This document shows positions 1 to 9,907 of a stretch of DNA of 64,000 nt, in pieces. A program made the translations under genes and the position numbers. Below the pieces are notes generated by a model that had not been told where the DNA came from, did no database searches, and was given only the letters and a program-made list of their open reading frames with translations. Source of the stretch: Bacteroidales bacterium (lineage in GTDB: Bacteria > Bacteroidota > Bacteroidia > Bacteroidales > UBA932); NCBI GenBank assembly GCA_012510445.1, contig JAAZIA010000005.1, positions 205-64,204 of the forward strand. Direction: 5' to 3'. The first letter of the stretch is position 1, and every line of letters begins with the position of its first letter.

Positions 1-777
1 TGGGCGTGTTTTACATTTATTCCGGACACCTTTACCTACGAGCATGCAGACAGCCTGGAGCTGATTCAATCGGGAGGGGAAGGAGTTGGAATGTTCCATA
101 GTCAGCTGTCTGATTTCCAAGGCGAGTTGGTAGACACCCTGCCCGGTTTTCACAACATCAAATACCGGTTTAAACAATTTTCTGAAACGTTGGCAAAAAA
201 ACGCACAGGCCGGCTGCAAGAAGTAACTGAATTGGTAGAGGAGATTAACAAACGAAAAGAACAAATGGGAGCCTTCTGGCAGCTGATAGAGGACGGCGCC
301 ATTCCTAAACGCATCAGCCATAACGATACCAAGCTTTCTAATTTTTTGTTTGACAAAGACGGTCGGGTGGTGTGTGCCATAGACCTGGATACGGTGATGC
401 AAGCAACCGTCTTGTTTGATTTTGGAGATGCCATTCGCTCTTATGCCAATCGCTTTCCTGAAGATCATCCCAATTTTGAAGAAGTCGCGTTTGTTCCGGA
501 ACGGTTTGCTGCATTTTCTAAAGGCTATTTACGTAAGGCGGCCTGGTTTTTGAATGAACAAGAGAAAACTCATTTAGCGTTTTCTGCCTTGTACATTACT
601 TACGAACAATACCTCAGGTTTTTAATGGACTACATAGACGGCGATACTTATTATCGTATACGTTACCCCAACCACAACTTGATACGCGCACGCTCGCAAC
701 TGGCGTTGCTTAAAAGCATGGAGGAGCAATATTCTTCTATGCAAAACATATTACAAGAAATTTTTAATACCCTTTAA
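1..777 (+). CDS. Aminoglycoside/choline-kinase-like phosphotransferase family protein, 5'-partial
   Basis: Frame 1 is open from base 1 with no stop before the listed ATG at 91, so the gene begins upstream of the window. It has an HNDTKLSNFLFD catalytic loop (HxDxxxxN) and an AIDLD metal-binding motif. Confidence 0.6.
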   Translation, partial: WACFTFIPDTFTYEHADSLELIQSGGEGVGMFHSQLSDFQGELVDTLPGFHNIKYRFKQFSETLAKKRTGRLQEVTELVEEINKRKEQMGAFWQLIEDGAIPKRISHNDTKLSNFLFDKDGRVVCAIDLDTVMQATVLFDFGDAIRSYANRFPEDHPNFEEVAFVPERFAAFSKGYLRKAAWFLNEQEKTHLAFSALYITYEQYLRFLMDYIDGDTYYRIRYPNHNLIRARSQLALLKSMEEQYSSMQNILQEIFNTL

Positions 778-799
778 TACATTTATAAACCATTTTACT

Positions 800-3700
800 A
801 TGGCAAAAGAAAAAAAATTCATCACTTGTGATGGCAATTACGCGGCAGCTCACATAGGTTACCTATTTAGTGAAGTTGCCGCTATTTATCCCATTACTCC
901 CTCTTCCAATATGGCTGAGTATGCCGATGAGTGGGCTGCTCACGGAAAGAAAAACCTTTTTGGAGAAACACTAAAAGTAGTGGAAATGCAAAGTGAAGGC
1001 GGTGCAGCAGGTGCTGTACACGGCGTGCTGCAGGCAGGAGCATTGGCTACCACTTTTACGGCTTCGCAGGGCTTGCTGTTGATGATACCCAACATGTACA
1101 AGATCTCAGGAGAACTGCTTCCTACAGTGTTTCACGTTTCTGCCCGTTCGCTGGCAGCGCAGGCGCTGTCCATTTTTGGCGACCACTCGGACGTTATGGC
1201 CTGCCGTCAGACAGGTTTTGCACTACTGGCCTCGGGCAGTGTGCAAGAAGCTATGGATATGGCTGCAGTGGCTCACTTATCTACCATTAAATCACGCGTT
1301 CCCTTCCTTCATTTCTTTGACGGATTCCGTACATCACACGAAATCCAAAAAATTGAGATGATCGATTCCGATGCTCTCAAAGGAATGATAAGCACCAAAT
1401 CATTGGCAGCGTTCCGGGAAAGAGCTCTCAATCCTAATAAACCTGTTACACGCGGTACGGCACAAAACCCAGACGTATACTTCCAATCGCGTGAAGCAGC
1501 CAATCCGTTCTACGATGCTGTGCCCGACATTGTGGCCCGCTACATGGGAGAAATCTCTGAACTGACCGGTCGCTCCTACCTTCCTTTCACCTACTACGGA
1601 GACGAAAAAGCAGAACGCATAATCATTGCCATGGGTTCTGTATGTGACACCATCAGAGAAACCGTAGATTACCTGAACGCTCAGGGAGAGCGCGTGGGAA
1701 TGGTTTCTGTACATCTGTACCGTCCGTTCTCTGCCAAGTATTTCTTGCGTGTTATACCCAAATCTGTCAAGAGCATTGCTGTACTTGATCGCACCAAAGA
1801 GCCCGGAGCCTTGGGCGAGCCGCTGTACATGGATGTTAAAAACATCTATGCAGACCAGGCCAAAGCTCCCGTTGTTGTTGGTGGACGCTACGGATTGTCT
1901 TCCAAAGACACCACACCGGCTCAAATTATATCTGTATTTGAAAATCTTACTCGTAAAGAAGCTAAGCACAATTTTACTATTGGTATCATAGACGACGTTA
2001 CCTACAAGTCACTCCCGCTGAAAGAAGAAATTTCCATTGCAAGGCCCGGCACGTACGAATGTAAATTCTTTGGACTGGGGTCTGACGGTACGGTGGGTGC
2101 CAACAAGAATACCATTAAGATTATTGGAGAAACTACGCCAAAATATTGCCAGGGATACTTCCAATACGACTCTAAAAAATCGGGAGGCTTCACTTGCTCG
2201 CACTTGCGTTTTGGTGACGAACCCATAAATTCCCCCTACTATGTAAATACGCCCGACTTTGTTGCGTGCCATGTGCCCAACTACCTGCGTAAATACGATA
2301 TGCTGAAAGGCATTAAAAAAGGAGGAACCTTCCTACTCAACAGCATGTGGGATGCTGAGGAAACAAAAAAACACCTCCCCGATTTTGTAAAAAGAGTGCT
2401 TGCAGAAAAAGAAATCAATTTTTACATCATCAATGCCACAAAAATTGCCGAAGAAATTGGCCTTGGAGGACATACCAACACCATCCTGCAGTCTGCTTTC
2501 TTTAAAATTGCCAACGTAATACCTTACGACCAAGCCGTTAAAGAAATGAAAGACGCTATTGTGGCAACGTATGGTCTTAAAGGCGAGAAAGTGGTTACCA
2601 TGAACTACGCAGCCGTAGACCGTGGAGGAGAAATTGAAAAAATAGAAGTAGATCCTGCATGGAAGAACAATTCAGGAAAATTTGAGGCCGATACACACAA
2701 CCGCCTGGCACCCGAATGGGTTAAGCATGTAGCTGATGTGGTAAATGCCCAAAACGGAGACGATCTGCCCGTTAGCGTATTTACAGGATACGAAGACGGT
2801 ACCATGCCGGCCGGCACTTCAGCTTATGAAAAGCGTGGCATTGCCGTATTCGTACCTGAATGGTCTGCCGAAAATTGCATCCAGTGCAACCAGTGCGTGT
2901 ACGTTTGTCCCCACGCTGCCATCCGTGCCTTTGTAATGACAGAAGACGAGGCTGCCAAAGCCCCCGAAAGTGTCAAACGCGTAAAAGGTATTGGTCCCAT
3001 AAAAGAATACACCTTTACTATTCAAGTAAGCACCTACGACTGTGTGGGATGCGGTAACTGTGCAGACATTTGTCCTGCAAAGACCAAGGCCCTGACCATG
3101 GTAGCTGCAGAAACACAAATGGCAGAACAGGCTAATTTTGATTATTTGCATGCCAACGTAGGCTACAAAGACAACCTGGTACCAAAAGCCCAGAACGTTA
3201 AAAATCTTGGGTTTGCTCAGCCCCTCTTTGAATTTTCAGGAGCTTGTGCCGGTTGTGGGGAAACCCCGTATATCAAAGCAATAACCCAGCTCTTTGGTGA
3301 TCACATGATGATTGCCAACGCTACCGGTTGTTCTTCCATTTACGCTGCATCGTTCCCCTCTTCTACGTATTGTAAAGACCGCGACGGAAGAGGACCTGCA
3401 TGGGCCAACTCGCTGTTTGAAGACAACGCAGAGTTCGGTCTGGGAATGCACCTGGGCTCTGAGCAGGTTCGTGAAAAACTGGCTAATCTTATTGTAAAGG
3501 CACAAGAAGAAAAAGAAGTAAGCCAGGAACTGAAATCTGTTTTTGAAGAGTACCTGCCTGTTCGTAACAATTTTGAACAAGCCGTAACACTTGCAGAAAA
3601 AATGGCCCCCATGCTGGAAGGTTCCAAGCATAAACTGCTCCGTGAAATTTATGATTTACGCGGATACCTTACCCCACGTTCACAATGGATTATTGGAGGT

Positions 3701-4327
3701 GACGGCTGGGCTTACGATATTGGATACGGCGGTTTGGACCACGTCCTGGCCAGCGGTGAAAACGTAAACGTATTGGTATTGGATACAGAAGTGTACTCCA
3801 ACACCGGAGGCCAGTCTTCCAAGGCTACTCCGGCAGGAGCCGTTGCCAAGTTTGCATCTTCCGGTAAGAAAATCCGTAAGAAAGACCTGGGCATGATGGC
3901 CATGAGCTACGGCTACGTTTACGTGGCACAAGTAGCTATGGGAGCTAATCACAACCAGCTGCTGCGGGCTTTGAAAGAAGCCGAGGCCTACGACGGCCCC
4001 TCGCTCATTATTGCATACTCGCCCTGTATCAACCACGGACTTAAGCGTGGTATGGGCAAGTCGCAGTACGAAGAAAAGCTGGCCGTTGAGTGCGGATACT
4101 GGAGCTTGTACCGGTTCAACCCCACTCTTACAGACGAGGGTAAGAATCCCTTCATCCTGGACAGCAAAGAACCCGACTGGAGCAAATTCCAAGAGTTCAT
4201 TACAGGCGAGGTACGCTACAGCTCGCTGTTGCAAACCTTCCCAGACGAAGCTGCGGAATTATTTGTTCTCACAGAACAACATGCAAAGATCCGTTACGAA
4301 AACTACAAACGCCTGGCTCAGGAATAA
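800..4327 (+). CDS. nifJ: Pyruvate:ferredoxin (flavodoxin) oxidoreductase
   Basis: The ORF is 1175 aa. It has two ferredoxin-type cluster motifs (CIQCNQCVYVCP, CVGCGNCADICP) and a TPP-binding GGDGWAYDIGYGGLDH. Length and domain order are typical of single-chain PFOR. Confidence 0.95.
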   Translation: MAKEKKFITCDGNYAAAHIGYLFSEVAAIYPITPSSNMAEYADEWAAHGKKNLFGETLKVVEMQSEGGAAGAVHGVLQAGALATTFTASQGLLLMIPNMYKISGELLPTVFHVSARSLAAQALSIFGDHSDVMACRQTGFALLASGSVQEAMDMAAVAHLSTIKSRVPFLHFFDGFRTSHEIQKIEMIDSDALKGMISTKSLAAFRERALNPNKPVTRGTAQNPDVYFQSREAANPFYDAVPDIVARYMGEISELTGRSYLPFTYYGDEKAERIIIAMGSVCDTIRETVDYLNAQGERVGMVSVHLYRPFSAKYFLRVIPKSVKSIAVLDRTKEPGALGEPLYMDVKNIYADQAKAPVVVGGRYGLSSKDTTPAQIISVFENLTRKEAKHNFTIGIIDDVTYKSLPLKEEISIARPGTYECKFFGLGSDGTVGANKNTIKIIGETTPKYCQGYFQYDSKKSGGFTCSHLRFGDEPINSPYYVNTPDFVACHVPNYLRKYDMLKGIKKGGTFLLNSMWDAEETKKHLPDFVKRVLAEKEINFYIINATKIAEEIGLGGHTNTILQSAFFKIANVIPYDQAVKEMKDAIVATYGLKGEKVVTMNYAAVDRGGEIEKIEVDPAWKNNSGKFEADTHNRLAPEWVKHVADVVNAQNGDDLPVSVFTGYEDGTMPAGTSAYEKRGIAVFVPEWSAENCIQCNQCVYVCPHAAIRAFVMTEDEAAKAPESVKRVKGIGPIKEYTFTIQVSTYDCVGCGNCADICPAKTKALTMVAAETQMAEQANFDYLHANVGYKDNLVPKAQNVKNLGFAQPLFEFSGACAGCGETPYIKAITQLFGDHMMIANATGCSSIYAASFPSSTYCKDRDGRGPAWANSLFEDNAEFGLGMHLGSEQVREKLANLIVKAQEEKEVSQELKSVFEEYLPVRNNFEQAVTLAEKMAPMLEGSKHKLLREIYDLRGYLTPRSQWIIGGDGWAYDIGYGGLDHVLASGENVNVLVLDTEVYSNTGGQSSKATPAGAVAKFASSGKKIRKKDLGMMAMSYGYVYVAQVAMGANHNQLLRALKEAEAYDGPSLIIAYSPCINHGLKRGMGKSQYEEKLAVECGYWSLYRFNPTLTDEGKNPFILDSKEPDWSKFQEFITGEVRYSSLLQTFPDEAAELFVLTEQHAKIRYENYKRLAQE

Positions 4328-4382
4328 GCCGGAGCGGTAAAACAGGCGCTGCGCCTGAAGTAAAAAGCGCAGTTCCGCCAAT

Positions 4383-4414
4383 AAAAAAGGTGGCCTAAAA
4401 AGCCACCTTTTTTT
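4383..4414. terminator. Bidirectional intrinsic terminator between convergent nifJ and rmuC
   Basis: The sequence aaaaaaGGTGGCctaaaaaGCCACCttttttt has a GC-rich stem flanked by an A-run and a T-run. Confidence 0.7.
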
Positions 4415-4430
4415 ATGTACCGCTAAGCGT

Positions 4431-5663
4431 CTATTCTTCCACCTCGTCCTCGTCCTCTTCCCAGTCGCTTGGCAAGAGGGCTGCTGTTTTTCCCGAAGCT
4501 TTTACCCCCAGTTCCTTTAACATGGTGGCTTGTCTTATAAGATTGCCCCTTCCTGTTTTTAACTGATTCATAGCTGTATCGTACGCTTCCTGGGATCTTT
4601 TAATAGAAGTACCCACTGCCTCGAGTGTACGAACAAATCCCTCAAATTTCTTGAGCATTTTTTCTCCCCTGTCGGCTATTTCCTGAGCGTTTTTACTTTG
4701 CAATTCCCGGGTCCACAAATCGGATATAAGCTTAAGGCAAGCTATCAGGTTGGTGGGGCTTATAAGTACAATGCCCTTGCTGTACGCATCGTTCCAGAGT
4801 GCCTGTTCTTTTTGTATGGCCAGAATATAGGCCGGTTCTATAGGCACAAACATAATGACAAAATCAAGCGTGTGTTCTATACTGGTGTATTCTTTGGAAG
4901 CCAGGTCTGCTACATGAGATTTTAGAGAAATCAGGTGCTCTGCCAAGGCTTTTTCCTGCTCTTGTTCATCGGTAGCCGCTACATACCTGTCATAAGCCAG
5001 CAACGATACTTTGGAATCAATGATGACCACCCTCTCTCCCGGCAAACGCACCAAGGCATCGGGGATTATGGTCTTGCCGTCCGGGTTTTTATGGTGTTCT
5101 TGCAATTGGTAGTGCGTACCAAACTCCAGTCCGGAATGTTCCAGAATCCTTTCCAGAAGCATCTCTCCCCAGTCTCCACGCGTTTTGCTCTGCCCTTTAA
5201 GTGCCTGCGCCAAGTTGCTTGCTTCTGCACTTACTAGGTTTGTCTGCTCAATAAGGCCGCGAATTCTTTCATCCAGCGCTACGCGTTGCTTTGTGTCTTC
5301 CACATGCGTGTCTTCCACTTTTTTTCTAAACTCCTTCATCTGTTCCCTAAGTGGATCCAACATTTGCTGCATGCTCTTACGGCTTTTTTCTTCAAATTTC
5401 TGTGTATTGACCTCTAGAATTTTGTTGGCCAGGTTTTCAAACTGCACCGTAAGTTTTTCCTTCATACCGGTCAACTCTTCCTCTTTATGTACAAGGGCTG
5501 TTTTAGAAGAAGCCAGTGCTGCTCCCATATCCCTTATCTCTGCTTCTTTTTCTTTAAGCTCCCTGTTTTTTTCTTGCAGGTGTTTGCTCAGAAAGAACCA
5601 AACCAGTATGCCTCCTGTCAGTCCTCCTGCCACAATACCTGCTACTAATACAAGTACATTCAT
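4431..5663 (-). CDS. rmuC: DNA recombination protein RmuC
   Basis: It has an N-terminal TM helix, a long coiled-coil and a C-terminal RmuC nuclease-like region. I prefer the ATG at 5663 (MNVLVLVAG) because it forms an ATGA overlap with the xylE stop. The track start at 5678 is the alternative. Confidence 0.8.
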   Translation of the reverse strand: MNVLVLVAGIVAGGLTGGILVWFFLSKHLQEKNRELKEKEAEIRDMGAALASSKTALVHKEEELTGMKEKLTVQFENLANKILEVNTQKFEEKSRKSMQQMLDPLREQMKEFRKKVEDTHVEDTKQRVALDERIRGLIEQTNLVSAEASNLAQALKGQSKTRGDWGEMLLERILEHSGLEFGTHYQLQEHHKNPDGKTIIPDALVRLPGERVVIIDSKVSLLAYDRYVAATDEQEQEKALAEHLISLKSHVADLASKEYTSIEHTLDFVIMFVPIEPAYILAIQKEQALWNDAYSKGIVLISPTNLIACLKLISDLWTRELQSKNAQEIADRGEKMLKKFEGFVRTLEAVGTSIKRSQEAYDTAMNQLKTGRGNLIRQATMLKELGVKASGKTAALLPSDWEEDEDEVEE

Positions 5664-7069
5664 AATTTTTTCCTCCATAAACGGGTCATATCTTCCAATG
5701 TTTTCCCTTTGGTTTCCGGTACCATTTTATAAACAAATACAGCTGAAAGTAAAGAAAATACAGCATATATCAGGTAAGCCCCTCCCGTACTCCAGGCAGA
5801 AAGTGACGGAAATGTAGAAGATACAGCAAAGTTTGATATCCATTGAGCGGCTACTGCAATAGCCACTGCCTGTCCGCGGATGGTATTGGGGAATATTTCA
5901 GAGATCAATACCCACGTTACAGGCCCCCAGCTCATCATAAAAGATGCCGTATAGAGGATGATAAAAACAAGGGCCGCCACTCCAATCACGTCCATAAAAG
6001 AGAGAACGCTCAATGCGGCCATCCCCAGCATCATCCCAATAGACCCAATGATCAGCAACGGCCTTCGTCCCAATTTGTCTACTGTGAAAATAGCTACCAG
6101 CGTAAATACAATATTGACAAACCCCATGATTACCGTTTGTTGCATAGACTTATCGCCCGATGCTCCCAAGTTCTCAAAAATGCGAGGTGCATAATACAAC
6201 ACTACGTTGATCCCTACTGCCTGCTGAAAAAAGGAAAGTAAAACGCCTATAACGATTACCGTCACTCCATACGAAAAGAGTCGTTCCCTTTTTTCCACTA
6301 CGGTCTCTTTGATTTCCTCTAAAATGGTACGGGCCGTGTTTTCTCCGTTTATACGGGTAAGTACACGCAGCGCTCCTTCCGGATTCCCGGACATGACCAG
6401 AAACCGGGGCGTTTTGGGAACCATCAGCAACAACAGCCCAAAGGTGGCTGCAGGGAACGCCTCGCTCAGGAACATGCGCCTCCAACCCGTTTCTACCATG
6501 GCCAGATCAATATCTCCCGGCAAGCCCATCCGGATCAAGTAATTGACAAAGTATACCACCAGCATTCCAAAAATGATGGCAAACTGATTCACAGAGACCA
6601 ACCTTCCACGCATGTGTGCCGGAGCCACCTCGGCAATGTACATGGGGCAAATGGCCGAGGCAAGACCCACCCCAATTCCGCCCAAAACACGGTACGCATT
6701 GAAGGCCAACAGCAGGGAAAAGGACGGTTTGCCGTAAGGGAAGAACAGCATTTCCGGCCGCCAAGAGCCTACTGCCGATAAAAAGAAAAGGACCGAGGCA
6801 AAGAGCAGCGCATTACGCCTTCCCAGACGGGTGGCCAGCAGCCCCGATAAAGCCCCTCCTATGATGCAACCAATGAGGGCACTCGATGCCGTGACCCCAT
6901 GCCAGACTTTTGTATAAGTAAAATCGGATGCCCCCAAGAAAAAAACCTCCAGGGCTTTTTCGGCCCCCGATATAACGGCCGTATCGTAACCAAAAAGCAA
7001 TCCTCCAAGGACTGCCACAAAGGTTATGGCTCCCAGGTATAGCTTGCTGCCTTTCTCTTTTTTGTACAT
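5660..7069 (-). CDS. xylE: MFS sugar porter, D-xylose:proton symporter-like
   Basis: It shows a 12-TM pattern. Sugar-porter signatures are GRR after TM2 and PETKGKTLEDM near the C-terminus. It is adjacent to xylA and xylB. Confidence 0.8.
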   Translation of the reverse strand: MYKKEKGSKLYLGAITFVAVLGGLLFGYDTAVISGAEKALEVFFLGASDFTYTKVWHGVTASSALIGCIIGGALSGLLATRLGRRNALLFASVLFFLSAVGSWRPEMLFFPYGKPSFSLLLAFNAYRVLGGIGVGLASAICPMYIAEVAPAHMRGRLVSVNQFAIIFGMLVVYFVNYLIRMGLPGDIDLAMVETGWRRMFLSEAFPAATFGLLLLMVPKTPRFLVMSGNPEGALRVLTRINGENTARTILEEIKETVVEKRERLFSYGVTVIVIGVLLSFFQQAVGINVVLYYAPRIFENLGASGDKSMQQTVIMGFVNIVFTLVAIFTVDKLGRRPLLIIGSIGMMLGMAALSVLSFMDVIGVAALVFIILYTASFMMSWGPVTWVLISEIFPNTIRGQAVAIAVAAQWISNFAVSSTFPSLSAWSTGGAYLIYAVFSLLSAVFVYKMVPETKGKTLEDMTRLWRKKL

Positions 7070-7079
7070 ACCCGCCTTT

Positions 7080-8396
7080 TTAAATATACATACTTACTAT
7101 GGTTTCGTAGAGTTCCTGCTGTCCGCTCCGTTGCTGCGGTTCTTCCAGTTTTCGACCGTATTCGTATACGGCCTCAAAATCCATATTTCCTTTTTCAAAT
7201 GCCTTCCCCGGACCGCTGTCAAAAGACGCATAACGCTCTTTGCGCATATTGAGTAAAGGCGAGTTTTCCAGAATATCGGCAGCTGCTTCCAGTCCCCTGG
7301 CAAACGTGTCCATACCAGAGATGTGGGCAATGACCAAATCTTGCAAATCTGTGGAATTGCGCCGTACACGCGCGTCGAAATTAATACCTCCGTTGCCCAA
7401 CCCTCCGGCTTGCAGCACTACCATCATAGCTTGTGTTACTTCCCACATGTCAACGGGAAACTGATCTGTATCCCAGCCGTTTTGGTAATCTCCGCGGTTG
7501 GCATCAATAGAACCCAGAGCTCCTGCATCTGCTGCACATTGCAATTCATGTTCAAAGGTATGACCGGCCAACGTAGCATGGTTTACTTCTATATTGATCT
7601 TGAAATCTTTATCCAGCCCGTATTGCCTTAAAAATCCCAAAATGGTTTCCACATCGGCATCGTATTGGTGTTTTGTAGGTTCCATAGGTTTGGGCTCAAT
7701 CAGGAACGTACCCGTAAAGCCGCGGGAGCGTCCGTAATCACGTGCTTTACTAAGCATCATGGCCAAGTGCTGTTTTTCACGCTTCATATCCGTGTTCAAC
7801 AGAGACATATACCCTTCCCGGCCACCCCAGAAAACATAATTGGTTCCGCCCAGCGCAACCGTGGCATCAATGGCCGTCTTTATTTGTACAACAGCCCTGG
7901 CTACCACGTCAAAATGGGGGTTGGTAGCGGCTCCGTTCATATACCGTTTATGGCTGAATACGTTGGCTGTACCCCATAAAAGTTTAATTCCCGTTTCCTT
8001 TTGCTTTTTTGCGGCATAGGCTACCATTTCTTTCATGCGTGCTTCGTATTCTTCCACGGTACGGCCCTCTTCAACCAAGTCCACATCGTGAAAACAATAA
8101 TATTCAATACCCAGCTTCTGCATGAACTCAAAAGCCGCATCCATTTTTTCTTTGGCGGCAGCCAAGGGATTGGCAGAGAGGTTCCAGGGACGGGTAATGG
8201 TATCTTCCCCAAAGGGGTCACTTCCGCCGGCACACAAGGTATGCCAGTAAGCCATGGCAAATTTGAGCCATTCTTTCATTTTTTTTCCGTATACCATTTT
8301 CTCCGGATTGTAATACCGGAAAGACAACGGGTCTTTGCTGTCTTTGCCCCGAAATTGAATTTTTTCAATTCCGGGAAAATATTCTTTTGTTCCCAT
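7080..8396 (-). CDS. xylA: Xylose isomerase
   Basis: The ORF is 438 aa with hallmark motifs [23 protein letters not shown] and [12 protein letters not shown]. Confidence 0.95.
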   Translation of the reverse strand: MGTKEYFPGIEKIQFRGKDSKDPLSFRYYNPEKMVYGKKMKEWLKFAMAYWHTLCAGGSDPFGEDTITRPWNLSANPLAAAKEKMDAAFEFMQKLGIEYYCFHDVDLVEEGRTVEEYEARMKEMVAYAAKKQKETGIKLLWGTANVFSHKRYMNGAATNPHFDVVARAVVQIKTAIDATVALGGTNYVFWGGREGYMSLLNTDMKREKQHLAMMLSKARDYGRSRGFTGTFLIEPKPMEPTKHQYDADVETILGFLRQYGLDKDFKINIEVNHATLAGHTFEHELQCAADAGALGSIDANRGDYQNGWDTDQFPVDMWEVTQAMMVVLQAGGLGNGGINFDARVRRNSTDLQDLVIAHISGMDTFARGLEAAADILENSPLLNMRKERYASFDSGPGKAFEKGNMDFEAVYEYGRKLEEPQQRSGQQELYETIVSMYI

Positions 8397-8434
8397 AATT
8401 GTTCCGCTTTATTCAGATTGTTATCTATTTAGTT

Positions 8435-9907
8435 TCAATGGTTATGCAACCGTTCTTTCCATTTCAGATAGGCTTTTTCCAAAGGTTCTATCCAAGCCTT
8501 CACAGGTCTTTCTTCTTGTATCAGGCTCAATCCGGAAAAACAGGCTTTTCGGTTCGGGTACAAGCCTGCTCCCAGAGCAGCGCCACGGGCTGCCCCTAAA
8601 GAGCCGTCAGTGTTGTATAATTCTAGAGCAGCTCCCGTTAGGGAAGTAAGTGTACTTCTGAACACAGGACTTAGTAACAAATTGGCTTTTCCGGCACGGA
8701 TAATTTCTACGTCCATACCGGTTTCTTTCATGATATCCATTCCGTACCTGAAAGAGAAAGCAATTCCTTCCTGTGCAGCCCGCAGCAGGTGTGCCAGTTG
8801 GTGGCGGTTAAGGTCCAATCCGTGAACAGAAGCCTGTACAAGGCGGTTTTCCAGCATGCGTTCTGCTCCATTCCCAAAAGGTACCATAAGCACCCCCTCG
8901 CTCCCCGGTGGCACTTCTGCAGCCAGGGTATTCATTTGTTCGTACGTCATTCCGACAGACAAGTTTTTGCGTATCCATGCATTGAGTATTCCTGTACCGT
9001 TGATGCACAGAAGCATCCCGTACCTGGGAGCGGTGGGGGTATGGTTTACATGCAGAAACTGGTTTATACGTGACCGGCTGTCTGCCATGGGTTTGTCTGT
9101 AATGCCATACACTACTCCCGACGTACCGGCTGTTGCTGCTATTTCTCCCGTTTCCATAACGTTCAATGAAAACGCATTGTTGGGTTGGTCTCCGGCTCGG
9201 TAAGATACGGGTGTACCCCGGGGAATGCCAAAGTGCTCTTCTATTTCCCTTGTCGTACTCCCTTGCAGCCCCATAGAGGGAACGGTTTTGGGCAAATAAG
9301 ACGCAGGGATTCCGTAATGCTCCAGCACAAACAGGGCCGGTGCATTGTCCCTGAAATCCCATAAAACTTGTTCCGACAGACCTCCTTCCGTAGTAGAAAA
9401 GCAGCCGGTCATTTGAAAAGCAATAAAGTCTCCGGGCAAAAAGAACGTATAGGTCTTTGCAAAGACGTCCGGTTCGTTTCTCTTAACCCAAGCCATTTTA
9501 GAGGCTGTGAAATTTCCGGGGGAATTTAAGAGACGGGCAAGGCACACGTCTTCTCCTATTTCCCGAAATGCCGCAGACCCTATTTCTACGGCCCGGCTAT
9601 CGCTCCAGATGATGGCATCCCGCAGGGGTGTACCTTTACTGTTTACGCAGACCAAACCGTGCATCTGGTAGGTGATACCAATGGCTTGTACGTCTTTTAG
9701 TGTATGTTCCCTGCTTAGTTCTTTCAGGCATGTACAAACATTTTCCCACCACATAAGGGGATCCTGTTCTGCCCATCCGGGTTTGAGGGCCTTAACGTGC
9801 ATTTCTATTTTAGGAGAAGAACAAGTAGCCATACAGGTTCCTGTTTCTACTTCCAACAGAGATGCCTTTACAAAGGAGGTTCCTATGTCTATTCCCAAGC
9901 TTTTCAT
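8435..9907 (-). CDS. xylB: Xylulokinase (FGGY carbohydrate kinase)
   Basis: It has an N-terminal GIDIGTSFVKA ATPase motif and FGGY-family length. It lies between GH3 and xylA, with a 4-nt overlap with the GH3 stop. Confidence 0.85.
   Translation of the reverse strand: MKSLGIDIGTSFVKASLLEVETGTCMATCSSPKIEMHVKALKPGWAEQDPLMWWENVCTCLKELSREHTLKDVQAIGITYQMHGLVCVNSKGTPLRDAIIWSDSRAVEIGSAAFREIGEDVCLARLLNSPGNFTASKMAWVKRNEPDVFAKTYTFFLPGDFIAFQMTGCFSTTEGGLSEQVLWDFRDNAPALFVLEHYGIPASYLPKTVPSMGLQGSTTREIEEHFGIPRGTPVSYRAGDQPNNAFSLNVMETGEIAATAGTSGVVYGITDKPMADSRSRINQFLHVNHTPTAPRYGMLLCINGTGILNAWIRKNLSVGMTYEQMNTLAAEVPPGSEGVLMVPFGNGAERMLENRLVQASVHGLDLNRHQLAHLLRAAQEGIAFSFRYGMDIMKETGMDVEIIRAGKANLLLSPVFRSTLTSLTGAALELYNTDGSLGAARGAALGAGLYPNRKACFSGLSLIQEERPVKAWIEPLEKAYLKWKERLHNH

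Noticed and set aside
4343-4357. The palindrome CAGGCGCtGCGCCTG lies just after the nifJ stop.
   Set aside because: A 1-nt spacer cannot form the full hairpin, and no T-tract follows. The clear terminator at 4383-4414 explains transcript ending. It could be a protein-binding site, but there is no supporting evidence.
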